In this document: piece by piece, positions 1 to 12,346 of the stretch | Layout of the letters: the number at the start of each line of letters is the position of its first letter | Numbering within the stretch: the stretch's first letter is position 1 | DNA from: Camelus ferus | Lineage: Eukaryota | Assembly: GCF_009834535.1 (NCBI RefSeq) | Contig: NC_045696.1 | Location: 26,910,001 to 26,974,000 of the forward strand | DNA: 64,000 nucleotides | Reading direction: 5' to 3' | Made by a program: the position numbers and the translations under genes | The notes under the pieces: model-generated | The model's database searches: none | Seen by the model: only the letters and a program-made list of their open reading frames with translations | Told to the model about the DNA's origin: nothing

Positions 1-121
1 ACAAGTTAACAGTGTAATCTTATCCAAAAACACCTTCACAGAAAAACTCAGAATAGTGCTTAACCAAATAGTGAGGTACCCTGTGGCCCAGTCAAATTGA
101 CACATAAATTTCATCATGACA
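1..121 (-). mobile_element. MLT2 (ERVL) LTR, 5' part, cut by the window edge
   Basis: Reverse complement reads TGTCATGATGAAATTTATGTGTCAATTTGACTGGGCCACAGGGTACC..., matching the MLT2 LTR start also seen at 56287 and 63224. Confidence 0.8.
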
Positions 122-210
122 GAGGTGTTAAGGTTCACAATGCTGCTAATAGTAGAGGCAGAATTTGAATCCAGCTGCTCTGTCTCAAGGGCTTTTGCTT
201 ACAAACACTG
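122..210 (-). mobile_element. MIR SINE fragment
   Basis: aaggttcacaatgctgctaatagtagaggcagaatttgaatccag resembles the antisense MIR core. Confidence 0.6.
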
Positions 211-456
211 GTAAATATTGACATATCTACTTCAGAGAGAAAGAAAAGCTATCTTGAAGGTGAAATGTAAATAACTCTGAAAGGTGTCTCTGATAAAAAT
301 TACCATCACCAAGAGTTTTCCAGTTGACTTGAATATTCCGACTTTGTCATGACTACCAAATAGATTTCTTAAGAAGTGTTTTGTGAGTAGTTGGTTGATT
401 TTATTTGGAAGTTGAGATGACAGAGTCAATATGGCTTTAAAAGGCTTTAAGATCTT

Positions 457-602
457 GGGAGAGGTTATAGCTCAGTGGTAGAGTGTGTGCTTACCTTAGC
501 ATGTACAAGGACCTGAGTTCAATCCCCAGTACCTCTGTTTAATTAATTAATTAATTAACTAATTAATTAAAAAACCTAATTACCTCTCTCCACCCCCAAA
601 AC
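457..602 (+). mobile_element. tRNA-Ala-derived SINE (camelid Vic-1 type)
   Basis: A-box tagctcagtgg, B-box gagttcaatcc, AT-rich middle and cctaattacct tail; degenerate TSD taagatctt (448-456) / taaggtctt (603-611). Confidence 0.88.
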
Positions 603-812
603 TAAGGTCTTAGTGACTAGGATGATGACAATATCAATCAAGGAATAACTCAAGTGTCTTGATAGGGAAATCTAATTTGGGGTTCTAGTGAGACACGCAT
701 ATGGACATAGCAAATAGACAGCAGCCAATCTAGTGTTCAGTTGAAAGATTAGAACTAGATATATAAATCTGCGGTCACAGGATCTACTCTTTTTCATTAC
801 TTAAAAAAAATC

Positions 813-1003
813 TAATAGCTTTATTGAGATATAATTCAAATACTATTTGAGGTAAAAAATTCAATGGCTTTCAGCATATTCAGAGTTGTGCAACTATATC
901 CACAGTCAATTTTAGAACATTTTCACTACCTGAAAAAAGAAACCCTGTACCCAGTAAGAGCTACCATTTCTGCCCAACCCACAACCATACACTCCCACTA
1001 ATC
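813..1003 (-). mobile_element. Old LINE-1 (L1MB-like) 3' end
   Basis: atagctttattgagatataattca...gagttgtgcaact...aattttagaacattttcact is the typical antisense L1MB 3' UTR. Confidence 0.75.
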
Positions 1004-1378
1004 TCCATTTATAAGGGGAGGTCTCCCCTCTGTACCTGGAAGAGAAGGATGACCAAATCTCTAGAAATTCTTATCAATGGAGAAGGCAAAGACTTAAATT
1101 TGCATCACAATCACCCTGGTTTACTGTGCTTTTCCTGGAAACTTCTCATAACTGACTTTCCACCCTCCACATCCTCTCTTGTCTTTAGCTGAGGATGGTG
1201 TTTAAGGTGAAGGCTACAACCATTTTGGCAAGTTACTTAGTTTTCCTGGATCCCTCCCATGTATACATGTTATTAAACTGTTTAATTTTTCTTCTGTAAA
1301 TCTGTCTCATGTCAATGTAATTCGTAGACCAGCCAAGAGAACCTAGAAGGGTAGAGGAAAATTTTTGCCTTTCCAACA
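1001..1378 (+). mobile_element. MER34-like ERV1 solo LTR, 5'-truncated
   Basis: Aligns by eye along its length to the LTR at 44582-45118; ends gaacctagaagggtagaggaaaa...ttccaACA. Confidence 0.8.
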
Positions 1379-1780
1379 CTTTCCAAGAAGGTGGTCACAT
1401 TTAAACATAGGCCAGCCTCAAAGTAACCTGAAGCCAACCTACTGCAGCACACTTCCAAGAAAGGATTTTCATGACCTTTTCATCTAAACAGAAAATAGGA
1501 GGAATAGAGAGGACACAAAACACTCTCTCCACCTGACCTGCTCATTCTGTGAAGTCCTTGGGACTGAAACAGCCCTAAGATGAAGGAGAGAAGATTTGAT
1601 TTTAAATCAAGTCCAGAATTTTGAGTAAGATTTTAAACAGAAATTGTAACTTTAGATCTTAGGCTTTTTGCAAGTAAGTGAGAGTAGCGTCTAGGCCAGC
1701 CATTTCTTAAGAGTGAGAAGATAAGCCAAATGTTCCACCAGAATTTTCATCTCAGGCCAAATCAGGGTTAAAGGAAGTTT

Positions 1781-1933
1781 ATACTGCACAGCACAGGGAA
1801 ATATATTCAATATCTTGCAGTAGCTCATAGTGAAAAAGAATATGAAAATGAATATATGTATATTCATGTATGACTAAGAATTATGCTGTATACCAGAAAC
1901 TGACACAACATTGTAAACTGACTGTAACTCAAT

Positions 1934-1998
<65 letters not shown>

Positions 1999-2000
1999 AT
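1781..2000 (+). mobile_element. Artiodactyl/camelid LINE-1 3' end with (TAAA)n tail
   Basis: cagcacagggaaatatattcaatatcttg...cacaacattgtaaactgactg followed by (TAAA)n; possible TSD taaaggaagttt (1769-1780) / taaatgcagttt (1996-2007). Confidence 0.85.
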
Positions 2001-2207
2001 GCAGTTTGCATTGTAAAACTGGGGGAAAAAAAGGTTAAAGAGATGTTGAAAGCAAACATAAAATTGCATTTTTATTTTCACACTAACTGTGCTTGTCCAG
2101 TAGTACTCCATAAAATATTATATCACTATTACCATAATGTTGAGGAAAATGATGTAATGGCATGGGAAGTATTTCAAGGTAGACTTTTAATTATAAAAAA
2201 TGCAAGT

Positions 2208-2765
2208 GGAAGGCTACTAGAATATGCCACTCCAAAATACACCTCTTTGGCACATGGATTATTTTGAACTAAAGGAAATTGAGAACAAGTAGACATAAGG
2301 AAAGCTCTTTATCTCCCTTTGACTGTTAAAAAATAGAATATAAGACTTTTCCTTTTGTAAAGACAATGTACACTTGTAAAAGATATTTCCATTTGTAAAG
2401 ATGTCCCCTTACCGGAAAGAGAGCTACTTCCTGAGATAACTCTCTGCTCACCTGAGAGTCTTAACTGAGTAACAAGACAAACCTTGTTTGCTATATGTTT
2501 CCTCCTATCACCTTTGAGGACCTGTCTCCCCAACCCAGAAGCCCCAAATTCCTCTTCCTTCGTTTAGTCTAAAATAGTATATAAGCCTCAGTCATTTGCC
2601 ACCTCCTTGAGTCTTGTTTCTTTGTGAAACTCTTGTGGCTGTTTATACATAACTAAAATTGTTTTTTTTTTTTTTCCTTGTTAATCTCCTTTTATCAGTT
2701 TGATTTGTGGGCCCCAGGTTTTGAACCTAGAAGGGTAGAAGAAAGATGATTTTTCCTCTTGTATA
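2208..2765 (+). mobile_element. MER34-like ERV1 solo LTR
   Basis: agaatatgccactccaaaatacacctctttggcacatggattattttgaactaaagg start and gaacctagaagggtagaagaaa end; 4-bp TSD aagt (2204-2207 / 2766-2769). Confidence 0.82.
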
Positions 2766-3593
2766 AAGTTAAAACAATGTGTTTTTTTGTTAAATAAGTA
2801 TAATAAATACTGGAATATTTATAATACACAACACTGGTTTACTCATTCTGTTCATGTGTATATTCTAAATTGTTTGCACTGAACTTCTGTATAATTGTAA
2901 GGAAAATACAGTTTTTTAAGTATATGCACTTAGAAAACTGATCTGGCATTTACCAATTGTTTTGAGCCATTTCCATATTATTACACTTTTCTTTATAATA
3001 TTTCGGTTATTTCTTAAAATGGTCCTATATAATATAAAGGATTTACATTTTAAGATTCTTTATGGTTTACAGCAAAGAAATTTCACACAAAGTATCTTAA
3101 TACAATTCCTTAATGTATGCAGGTTAATTATCATTTCCATTTACATATGGGTTAGAGAAGGTAAATTAGTCTACTAGTGAGTGAGAAGAGGATATTAACA
3201 AGGACCTTTCAAATCTAAATTAACATAGTTTTCAGTTGCATATATTTCTTGCCTTAGAATTGTTATATTAAAAAAATTGCATTTAAACATTTTTCACCTC
3301 TACTTATACCATCAATTTCATATCAAACAAATTCAAGGTATGTAAGAGTCAAAATTATGTAGTTTAGTTCAAAGACATTGGCAGAAGTGTTAAAATTTTA
3401 GTAAATGTTCTTGAGGTTTATATGAGCTGTAAATTTTGAAATTAAGTATAAAATATATACAAATGAATATTATACATATAATATTTAATATGTAAAATAT
3501 GCACTACATAGAAATGCCCAGAATAGAAAGTGGTTTTCATCCAAAATTCTGTTTTTAAGCATTAATTCAGAATTTTATTTTTATATGTTATAA

Positions 3594-4042
3594 TTTTTTT
3601 GAAGTATAGTCGATTTACAATACTATGGTAGTTTCAGGTGTACATGATGATTCAAATTTTTAAGATTGTACTCCATTTAAATTACCACAAAATAATGGCT
3701 ATATTTCCTCTGCTGTACAATACATCCTTGGTGCTTATTTTATTTTATGCATAGTAGTTTGTAACTCTAAATCCCTTATTCCTATCTTGCCCCTCCCTCC
3801 CTTCCATCCCTCCACTGGTAACCACTAGTTGATTCTCTCTATATCTGTGAGTCTGTTTCTGTTTTGGTATATACATTTCTTTGTTTTATTTTTTAGATTC
3901 CACATATAAGTGATAACATAGAGTATTTGTCTTTTTCTGACTGACTTATCTCACTAAACATAATACTCATAATACTCTCTAGGTCCACCACGTTGTTGCA
4001 AATGGCAGCACTTCATTATTTTTCATGGCTGAGTAAGATTCC

Positions 4043-4094
<52 letters not shown>

Positions 4095-4491
4095 TGTGTG
4101 TGTGTTTATACACCATATCTTCTTTATCCATTCATCTTTTGATGGAAACTTAGGTTGCTTCCATATCTTGGCTGTTGTAAATAATGCTGCTATAAACATT
4201 GGGATGCATGTATCTTTTCAAATTAGTGTTTTCATTTTCTTCAGATATATACCCAGGAGTGGAATTTCTGGGTCATATGGTAGTTCTAGTTTTAGTTTTT
4301 TGAGAAACCTCCCTACTGTTTTCCACAGTGGTTGCATCAATTTATATTCCCACTAACAGTGTACGAGGGTACACTATGTGTCTGTTTTTTTGCCAGTACC
4401 ATGCTGTTTTGCTTACTGTGGCATTATAATATAGTCTGAAGTCAGGAAATATAATACCTCCAGTTTGTTCTTTATTTTCAAGGTTGCTTTA
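3594..4491 (-). mobile_element. LINE-1 3' UTR plus ORF2 end, with internal deletion
   Basis: Antisense L1 3' UTR (gaagtatagtcgatttacaat...) and ORF2 C-terminus; jumps at about 4370 to an upstream ORF2 segment (gccagtaccatgctgttttg). Confidence 0.88.
4045..4106. repeat. (GT)n microsatellite inside the L1
   Basis: About 30 GT units with one interruption. Confidence 0.97.
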
Positions 4492-4587
4492 GTCCAATAT
4501 TCTCTTATTGGGAATTATATTGTACCCCCATCGAGCATAATAGCATAATAAATGCTTTCTATTTTGAGGTACCAACTATTAAAGAAT

Positions 4588-4652
4588 GTGTGTATATATA
4601 TATGTGTGTGTACACACACACACACACACACACACAAAACACACACATATAT
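4588..4652. repeat. Compound (GT)/(TA)/(CA) microsatellite
   Basis: Directly visible. Confidence 0.9.
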
Positions 4653-5143
4653 CCAGTGAAAGCTATATTAATAATCAATCTGTAAGTTAAAATTAGCTTA
4701 CTCAGTGTATTTATGGGGATGATTCCTAAATTTAATTAATAACTGTAGAATTAGAATTTTGTCACAACATTAACTTTATTTAGTCTTGCTGGATTTCTCA
4801 GAAATCTTGCTAGCCACCCAGAAAGGTCAAAACAACTTCAGTATGCATTGTCCGATGTCAGGCTCAATATTCAGATTTGACCTCAAACTCAGCCTACATG
4901 ACCCATCTGCCTTTTCTTTTAACAGAAAACACTCAGGGCTTTCCAACTCAGTTAAACCTAGAGGAGCTTGCTGGTTGGGACAGGGAGTCACTAAGCACAA
5001 GTACATCAGGGAAAGCCCCTCCTGGTTGAACAAGAGTGGATGTAGAAGATGTTTACAAAAAAATCGTGGTTCTCCCACGCTTACTCCAAGCTGTGCAAAT
5101 TCAAAAGGAAGTTCTGCTCCCTAAAAAAACATTTCAAGGCTCT

Positions 5144-5649
5144 TGAAGGGGGTCAGGACATGCCATCGTCAAAATATACCACTTTAACATAAGAATTATT
5201 TTGAACTGAAGGCATCTGAATTCCTGGAATCCCTTATCTGTCTAAAAGCAGAATTTCCCATAAAAACTCAGTTGTCATAAATCTCCCACCCAGGAGAAAC
5301 TTCAATCTTCTTTTATCAGAAGAACCACACCCAGATAGATATTATCACAAAATATCAGATTTCTCATATATTCTACTAAAGGCCTACTTATCTTTTTAAA
5401 AAATCATTTGCTTTTCCATAAGTGCACTTTTGCCCCCTCCCTTTCCCCTACTAAGTTAAATACATAGACTCCAAATTCTAACCAGCCAGTAGAGTTATTC
5501 ACCATTGGATATTCCTGTGTGTACAGAATGTTATAAACTTCTGTTTGGTTTTCTCTTGGTAATCTGTCTTTTGTTAGGCTAATTTACAGAGTCCCTGTCA
5601 GGGAATCTAAAATGGGTAGGGGAGAAAGAGGGTTTTTGCCTCTCTTACA
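5144..5649 (+). mobile_element. MER34-like ERV1 solo LTR, full length
   Basis: TGAAGGGGGTCAGGACATGCCA...TTACA termini; perfect 4-bp TSD ctct (5140-5143 / 5650-5653). Confidence 0.9.
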
Positions 5650-5909
5650 CTCTTTACAATAATTTTCAAAGATATCACTTCATTCCCCCCAAATTTCTCC
5701 TAAGAATGTACACACTTCACAGCATCACTTTGAGGTTTGATTCTTCTCATCTGTAAAGTGGTGATAAAAACACATTCTCCATAATTACTGGATTACTATA
5801 CAGAAAAATGTGTGCAAATGATTTTGTCCTTTATATGTAAAAAGTATGTTTTTGCCTTATTTTTATTGTTGCTATTATCATTTCCCCATAATTTTCTATA
5901 AGAAAAAAT

Positions 5910-6140
5910 ATTATGATAGTTAAAAGCAGAGTCTCTGATCAGACTACTCAGGGTGAAATAAATCCTGGCTCCATCTTTTCTTGGGGTGTTGCCTTGGACA
6001 AGTTATTTTACTCTCTCAATTTTTTTTTCCTTCATCCATAAAGCAAGGATAATAGTACAACCTTTTTCAAAGAGTTTAATGATAAAATTAAGTGAACTAG
6101 TAGTACAGGAAGAGCTCAAAAAATGTTGAGCAGTTATGGG
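5910..6140 (+). mobile_element. MIR SINE
   Basis: gatagttaaaagcagagtctctgatcagactac...ccttggacaagttatttta...ggataatagtac. Confidence 0.7.
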
Positions 6141-7194
6141 AACATTAGTATTCACAGAAGCTGCTAGCGATACAGACATGATTCTCCATTCTAGGCCCAT
6201 TAAGCTTGGCTAGAGTTACAGACATGGAAAGGGCAAGTAGCCAAGATCATGTGTAACTTGTGCCCTCTTGGGATCAAAGAAAAGAATCAAATTTGTTTTT
6301 GAAACTTACTGAAAATTCTGGAAAAGAAAGAGATATGAATAAGTGGGAACACTAATCCCACAAGAGCTATTTATCACAGACACCGTTGTGGGGGGTGCAC
6401 AATGCTTTGGGAGCCAGTGAGCCAGTTGGCTTAAAGTGAAAGTTCATTTTTGTTCTAAGAAAATAAATCATCTGAATGGAGCCTCAATGTGGTTTTCACA
6501 GGGGTGGGGAAAGTTGATTTGGGTTGTACTAAGAAAAAGAAATCAAAATTTACAACCACAAAAGAGAGTGAAAAAATCCAAAACTTGCCTGATGAAACCA
6601 AGAATTGTGTCAACTGTTCATAATTCAGCTTCATTCACATCACTCAACCCAGCAGGATCTATGACTGAGACAAAATATCTTCCTTCATCCCTCCCTCCTC
6701 TCTCTCTCCCCCCCCCCCTTTCTTTCTTCCTTTCCTATTTTCTTTTTAATTAACTGCCGCTTTCTCCTTTGGATTTATCAGTCTTTTAATCTAAATAGCC
6801 TATCTATGATCGATTATGCTACTTCTGAACAGTATTTTTTTTTTTAAGATCTGATGGGAATTTTCTACACAAATAATTTAATGTGAGGCTCAGTTTATTT
6901 TATTCTCACTGCCTAGTTTTATTTAATCAGATCTTATTAGATTCAGTGGTTTAAAAAAATAATTTAAAGGAAAAAAAATTTTTTGCTTTGCTCTTTTAAA
7001 CAGTATCCACAATTTTAATATTACTTTGTTGTAAATTGTTTTTTTATTTTTCCTTATAGGAATTGACTGCTGTCTAATAGAATTATGCAGCGTTTATATA
7101 AGGTGGAGTGAAAAATTGATTCAATATATTACACTGTAATTATAGGACTGTAACACGACAGGCTGAAGCTATTTTTTAAAAACATCTTTGCTTT

Positions 7195-8998
7195 AGTATG
7201 GTGCTGGCTTAAGACAGACAGAACAGAATAGAGAGCTCAGAAATAAAACCATCTATGATCAACTGAATATTTGACAAGGGTGCCAAAAATACACAATGGG
7301 GAAAGGCTAGTCTCTTCAACAAATGATGTTGGAAAAACTGGGTATTTACATGCAAAAGAACGAAATTAGACCCTTATCTAACACCATACACAAAAATCAA
7401 CTCAAAAAGGATTAACGACTTAAATGTAAGATCTGAAACTGTAAAACTCTAGAAAAAAGCAGGAGAAAAACTTGACGTTGGCTTTGGCAATGATTTCTTG
7501 GATATGACAACAAAAGCAGTGGAAACAAGAACAAAAATAGACAAATGGGACTATATCAAACTAAAAAGCTTCTGCACAGCAAGCATTAAACATCAACAGA
7601 ATGAAAAGGCAACCTATGAATTGGGAGAAAATATATGTAAACCACATATCAGATAAGAGATTAATATCCAAAATATATAAAGAACTCATACAACTCAAGA
7701 GTAAAAAAATTTTTTAAATAACCTTATTACAAAACAGGCAGAGGTTCTGAATAGACATTTCTCCAAAAAAGACATACAAATGGCCAACAGGTATATTAAC
7801 AGATGCTGAAGGAGAGCAGGACATGCCATTCCAAAATATGATACTTTGTTTGGCATGTGGATAATTTTAAGTTGAATGCAATCAAGACTCAGCAGACTCA
7901 GAAAACTTTTTACCTCTCCCTAAACTACCTTAAAGAATTTAGATAGAAGCCCTGTACCAGAAAAAGAACTATCACCAGAGATAATTTTTTTAACTGAAAG
8001 ACCTGTCTGCATGCAAAGCAAACTTCTACTGACAAACGTCTGTTCTTATCATCCTGTGAATTGCCCTCCTCTTCTTTGAAGCCCTAGGTCCCTATCCTCA
8101 TCCTTAGCCCAGGATGGTATATAAGCCTCAATGGCTCAACTTGCCCTTGAGTCTCATATCTTTGAGATTCCTGTATATATGAAATTAAATTTGTTTTTCT
8201 CCTATCAATCTGTCTTATGCCAATTTAATTATTAGACCAACCAAAGAACCCAGAAGGAAAGTAGGAAAAAATTTTCAACTCCTACAATGCTCAACATCAC
8301 TAATCTTCAGAGAAGTACAAATCCAAACCACAATGCTTTTATTACCTCACACCTGGTAAAATGCCTATTATATTTTTAAAAAATGTTGATGAGGATGTGG
8401 AGAAATTAGAATTCTTGTACACTGGTGGTGGGAAATGATTTAATAACTACAGAAAACAGTATGGAGATTCCTCAAAAAAAACTAAAAATGGAACAACTCT
8501 ATCATCCAGCAATTCTACTTCTGGATATATATCCACAAGAATTGACATGAGGGTCTCAAGGAGGTATCTGCACTCCTACATTTATTGCAGCATTATTCAC
8601 AGTAGCCAAGATACAGAAACAACCTAAATGTCCACTGACAGATAAATGAATAATGTGGTATATGCATACAATAGAATGGTATTAAGCCTTACAAATAAAG
8701 GGAAGTCTTCCATATGTGACAGCATGGATCAATCTGTAGGACATTACGCTATGTGAAATAAACTAGTCAAAGAAGGACAAATATTGCATGAGTCCACCAA
8801 TATGTGGTATTTAAAATAGTCAAACTCATAAAAACAGAGTTGAATGATGGCAGCCAGGGCTGGGGAGAGGAGAAATGGGGAGTTGTTGTTTAATGGGTAA
8901 AAGTTTACAGTTACACAAGATAAATAAATTCTAGACCTGTTGTGCAGCACAGTGCATATAGTTAATAATTTAATATTGTATACTTAAAGATATATTAA
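7195..8998 (+). mobile_element. 5'-truncated LINE-1 (L1MA/MB-like): ORF2 C-terminal part and 3' UTR, interrupted by an LTR
   Basis: Canonical ORF2 DNA (ttgacaagggtgccaaaaat, caaaaatcaactcaaaa, ctaaaaagcttctgcacagcaa) with stops and frameshifts; 3' UTR from about 8800. Confidence 0.92.
7807..8286 (+). mobile_element. MER34-like ERV1 solo LTR inserted in L1 ORF2
   Basis: TGAAGG...CTACA termini; perfect TSD atgc (7803-7806 / 8287-8290); L1 resumes colinearly (agatgc|tcaacatcactaatc). Confidence 0.92.
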
Positions 8999-9000
8999 AA

Positions 9001-9390
9001 GTCAGACAGGGAAAGACAAATATCATATGGTCTCATTTATATGTGGAATCTAAAAAAATGATACAAATGAACTTATTTACAAAACAGAAATAGACTCACA
9101 GGCATAGAAAACAAACTTAAGGTAACCAAAGAGGAAAGTGGGGGAGGGATAAATTAGGAGTTTGGGATTAACAGATACACACTACTATATATAAAATAAA
9201 GACCAAGGACCTACTGTGTAGCACAAGGAACTATATTCAATATCTTGTTAATAACATGTTAAAGAATCTGAAAAAGAATATATGTGTACATGTATATACA
9301 TGTATATATGTATACACACATATCCATATATATGTATATATTTAAAATTTTTTTAAATCATCAAAAAATTTAAAATAAAATATATAATAA
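9001..9390 (+). mobile_element. Younger artiodactyl LINE-1 3' end
   Basis: gtcagacagggaaagacaaatatcatatg...gatacaaatgaacttatttacaaaacagaaatagactcac...gcacaaggaactatattcaatatcttg. Confidence 0.88.
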
Positions 9391-9669
9391 AAATTATTAT
9401 AATCAAAACATATTACCTGAGATTCTTCACCCTGATCACAAATTAGGAGCATGGTTTTGGAAGCTAAAAATATTTGAAGTAAAAAAACCTCAAGGAACAA
9501 TGGACTCATTGTTATGCAATTTGCTGGAATGTAAATTGCTCATTTCTTAAATATTTGAATTAATTCCCCTCTCTTTGAATTATATAATTTGCCAAATCAG
9601 ACAAAAATATATCTTTGCAATATTTCTGTTTTAGGATGTAACATTATTAACTAAATAAGAACTTTGGCC

Positions 9670-10207
9670 TGTAAGGAAGGAAAAATCTTTTTTCCTCTAC
9701 TCTACCAGGTACAATGGCTGGGGCCTATAAATCAAACTGGTAAAAGACAGATTAACAAGAGAAAAAACAGTTTTAATAAAATAAACAAGCATGGAAATTC
9801 AGAAAGAGAAAAGGTGGCTCAAAGAGGTGAACAGATGAGGAATGTTTATATACCATCTTAGTCTAAATAAAGGAAAAAGGGTTTTTGGGCTTCTGGGTGG
9901 CAGCGTCAAGCTTTGGGAAGGCGAAGGGGAGAAACGCATAGTAAATAAAGGATGTCTTGTTATGCACATAAGAGTCTCTTGGGTGATGAGAGTTGTCTCA
10001 GAGAGTAGCTTTCTTCCCAGCAAAGGGAAAGCTTTACATAGGAAATTTCTTTCATAAATGTAAATTTGTTTTACAAGAAGGCAATTTATACAATATTCTT
10101 AAGCAGTTAGATGGGTCATAAGGAGGTTTTCCTGTGTCTGCAGGTTCTTAATTGCTCAAAATAATTATTATACCAAAGTGGTGTTATTTGGGGTGGCACA
10201 CCTTTCA
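9670..10207 (-). mobile_element. MER34-like ERV1 solo LTR
   Basis: TGTAAGG...CCTTTCA termini; antisense of the family start (gctcaaaataattattataccaaagtggtgttatttggggtggca). Confidence 0.82.
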
Positions 10208-10997
10208 AACCCAATGTTGGATGACTGCCCTCAATAATTTTATATTTTGGGATTATAAATCCTATTCTGGGGTCATGGTCATTAACAACAAAGTTGAATG
10301 TTGATGTCAACCATAGTGATCTATTTCTAAGACATTAAAAATGCTTTATTTGGATAGGAAGTGCAGGCAGTAGGACCCTCCACCCCCATCCCTAGCCCCA
10401 TTATCATTTGAAAGTCTTTAAGTTCCAAGGTCAAAGACAATGAAGACAGCCCCTCCCTGCTATAACCACAACAGTCAGGGGCTTCCCAACAGCCACATCT
10501 AACTCCCGCTGTGCACCATTCCACAATATTGTTCTTTTCTTTAAATGACAACTCATGGACCATCTCCTTTTCAAAAGCCCAACAAACTTGCCTATCTCCT
10601 TCTCTGTGCAAACAGACAAACTCTGACCCATCCTTCTATTTGATATTTCTATATTTATAATTTTTACTGCAACTAGGTGCTTATTTCCTTGTCATTAGAA
10701 GGTGAATCCACTAAATAGGGATCTTACCTATGTTTTTAATTACACATCTCAAATGCATAGTTAATATGGACTCAGTAGATAATGGCTGACAGCTGACAGG
10801 CAGAAATATGCAAATTTCAAATAGAGGCTTGGATTTTTTTTTTTTCCTGCAGGTCTGCCATAACAATATAACAATACTCAGAGCTTGATAAACAGTACAC
10901 TAGATGGGAGGGAAATTGTCAAAATAAAACAAAAGTGTAAACATAGGACATTGACGCTAAGCCTCCTGAATTCTTATGAATCCAGTTCTCATGTCCC

Positions 10998-11410
10998 TGT
11001 GGAGGTGGAAAAATTTTCCCTTCTTCCCTTCTGGTTATTAGGCTGGTCTAATAATTAAATTGACATAAAACAAATTAACAGGGGGAAAAGAAAAACAAAT
11101 TTAATGTTGCATGTACAGGAATCTCATAAAAATATGAGACCCAAAGGCCATCAGGCAACTGAGAGCCTGGAGCTTCAAAGAAGAGGAAGGCAATTCACAG
11201 GAAGATAAAAAGAGCAGATGGTTGGCAATTGGGTGTTTGCCTTGCCATGCAGGTAAGTTTTTTAGATAAAAAATGGTATCTCTGGTTATAGCTCTCTTTC
11301 TGGGCCAGGCCTCTATCTAAATTCTTTTAGGTACTTAAGGGAGAGGTAAAAATATTTTCTGAGTTTGCTGGGTCTTGACTGCCTTTAGATAAAAATAATC
11401 AACATACCAA
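10998..11410 (-). mobile_element. MER34-like ERV1 solo LTR, truncated at its 5' end
   Basis: tgtggaggtggaaaattttcccttcttcccttctgg...ggctggtctaataattaaattgacat mirrors the 3' end of the 7807 LTR. Confidence 0.8.
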
Positions 11411-11826
11411 GATTTGTAAGTCAAGAAATGAGCTCAATACTAAAATATACTGAGGAAAATTTCTCCAAAACTGGCTACACAGTTGTGATATTAAGGTTAC
11501 CAGGTAAGGAATTGATATTAAAGTGGGGAATCAACATCTAAATTTCAATAAAGGAGATAAAACTAGGAGCTAGTGATATAGCCGGGATGTAAAGTCAGGA
11601 GTGCAAAGCTAAATTCTTCAACAACTAGGCAAATCAAGGAGGAACTCACAGACCAGACTTGTAGATTAAATCAGAACAGGGCCTATCGTAAAATTAAATG
11701 TGGAGAACAAACTGACTTTGGTATCTAATAACTTTGGATGTTTCTATATGACTACCCACTTGACTGTTGATTTAACATGACTGTTTTTCCAGGAACCCTT
11801 GAACAAAAAATAATGGTATTCAATAC

Positions 11827-12202
11827 TGTTGAAATAAATTTCTAGACCCAAGATGGAGCCATTCCTGCCTGGAGTGACACACCAGTAAACCAAACTTTCC
11901 AGTCCCTATAAACGCTCTGCTTAATGCAAAATGCAGTATCTCCAGTCAGCAAATCTCCAAATGTCAAGCCAACGCTGGGCTCCATATCTATTTCCTCATT
12001 CCTTCTCACCCCAAATAAGTTTGACAACATGGCCATAGCCAATCAGATTTTTTTTCTTTTCCTTGTTCTTTATTCTTTGTCTTGTAAAAGCTTCCCATCT
12101 TCCACCTCATTTTCAGCTCTCAGAATGGAGACTGTCTACTTAATGGAGTGTTAAAGTTTTTTTCTATCACCTAAACTGTTTTCTTTAGTCATTTTTCTAA
12201 CA
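11827..12202 (+). mobile_element. ERV1-type solo LTR (family not assigned)
   Basis: TGTTG...CTAACA termini, near-TSD atac/atat, ccaagatggag, and a CCAAT box (agccaatcag). Confidence 0.7.
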
Positions 12203-12346
12203 ATATACAGAGAGATCTTTTGCAATTTTAAGAAAATCAATAAAATTTATTACATGGATACACAGCAGACCCCTTGAAGGTGAGAAAAACAATTCATTTT
12301 CCTTTTAAAGGCAGTAGAATGTAATGATAAAGAGCAGAGGTACTGG

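Noticed and set aside
1874..4356. ORFs with FIYL or CV repeats (1874-2059, 1929-2111, 4048-4356; similarly 59263-59489)
   Set aside because: Translations of (TAAA)n and (GT)n microsatellites and of antisense L1
9287..9304. Perfect 18-bp palindrome TACATGTATATACATGTA
   Set aside because: It lies in a low-complexity TA/CA expansion of an L1 3' UTR, where palindromes are expected
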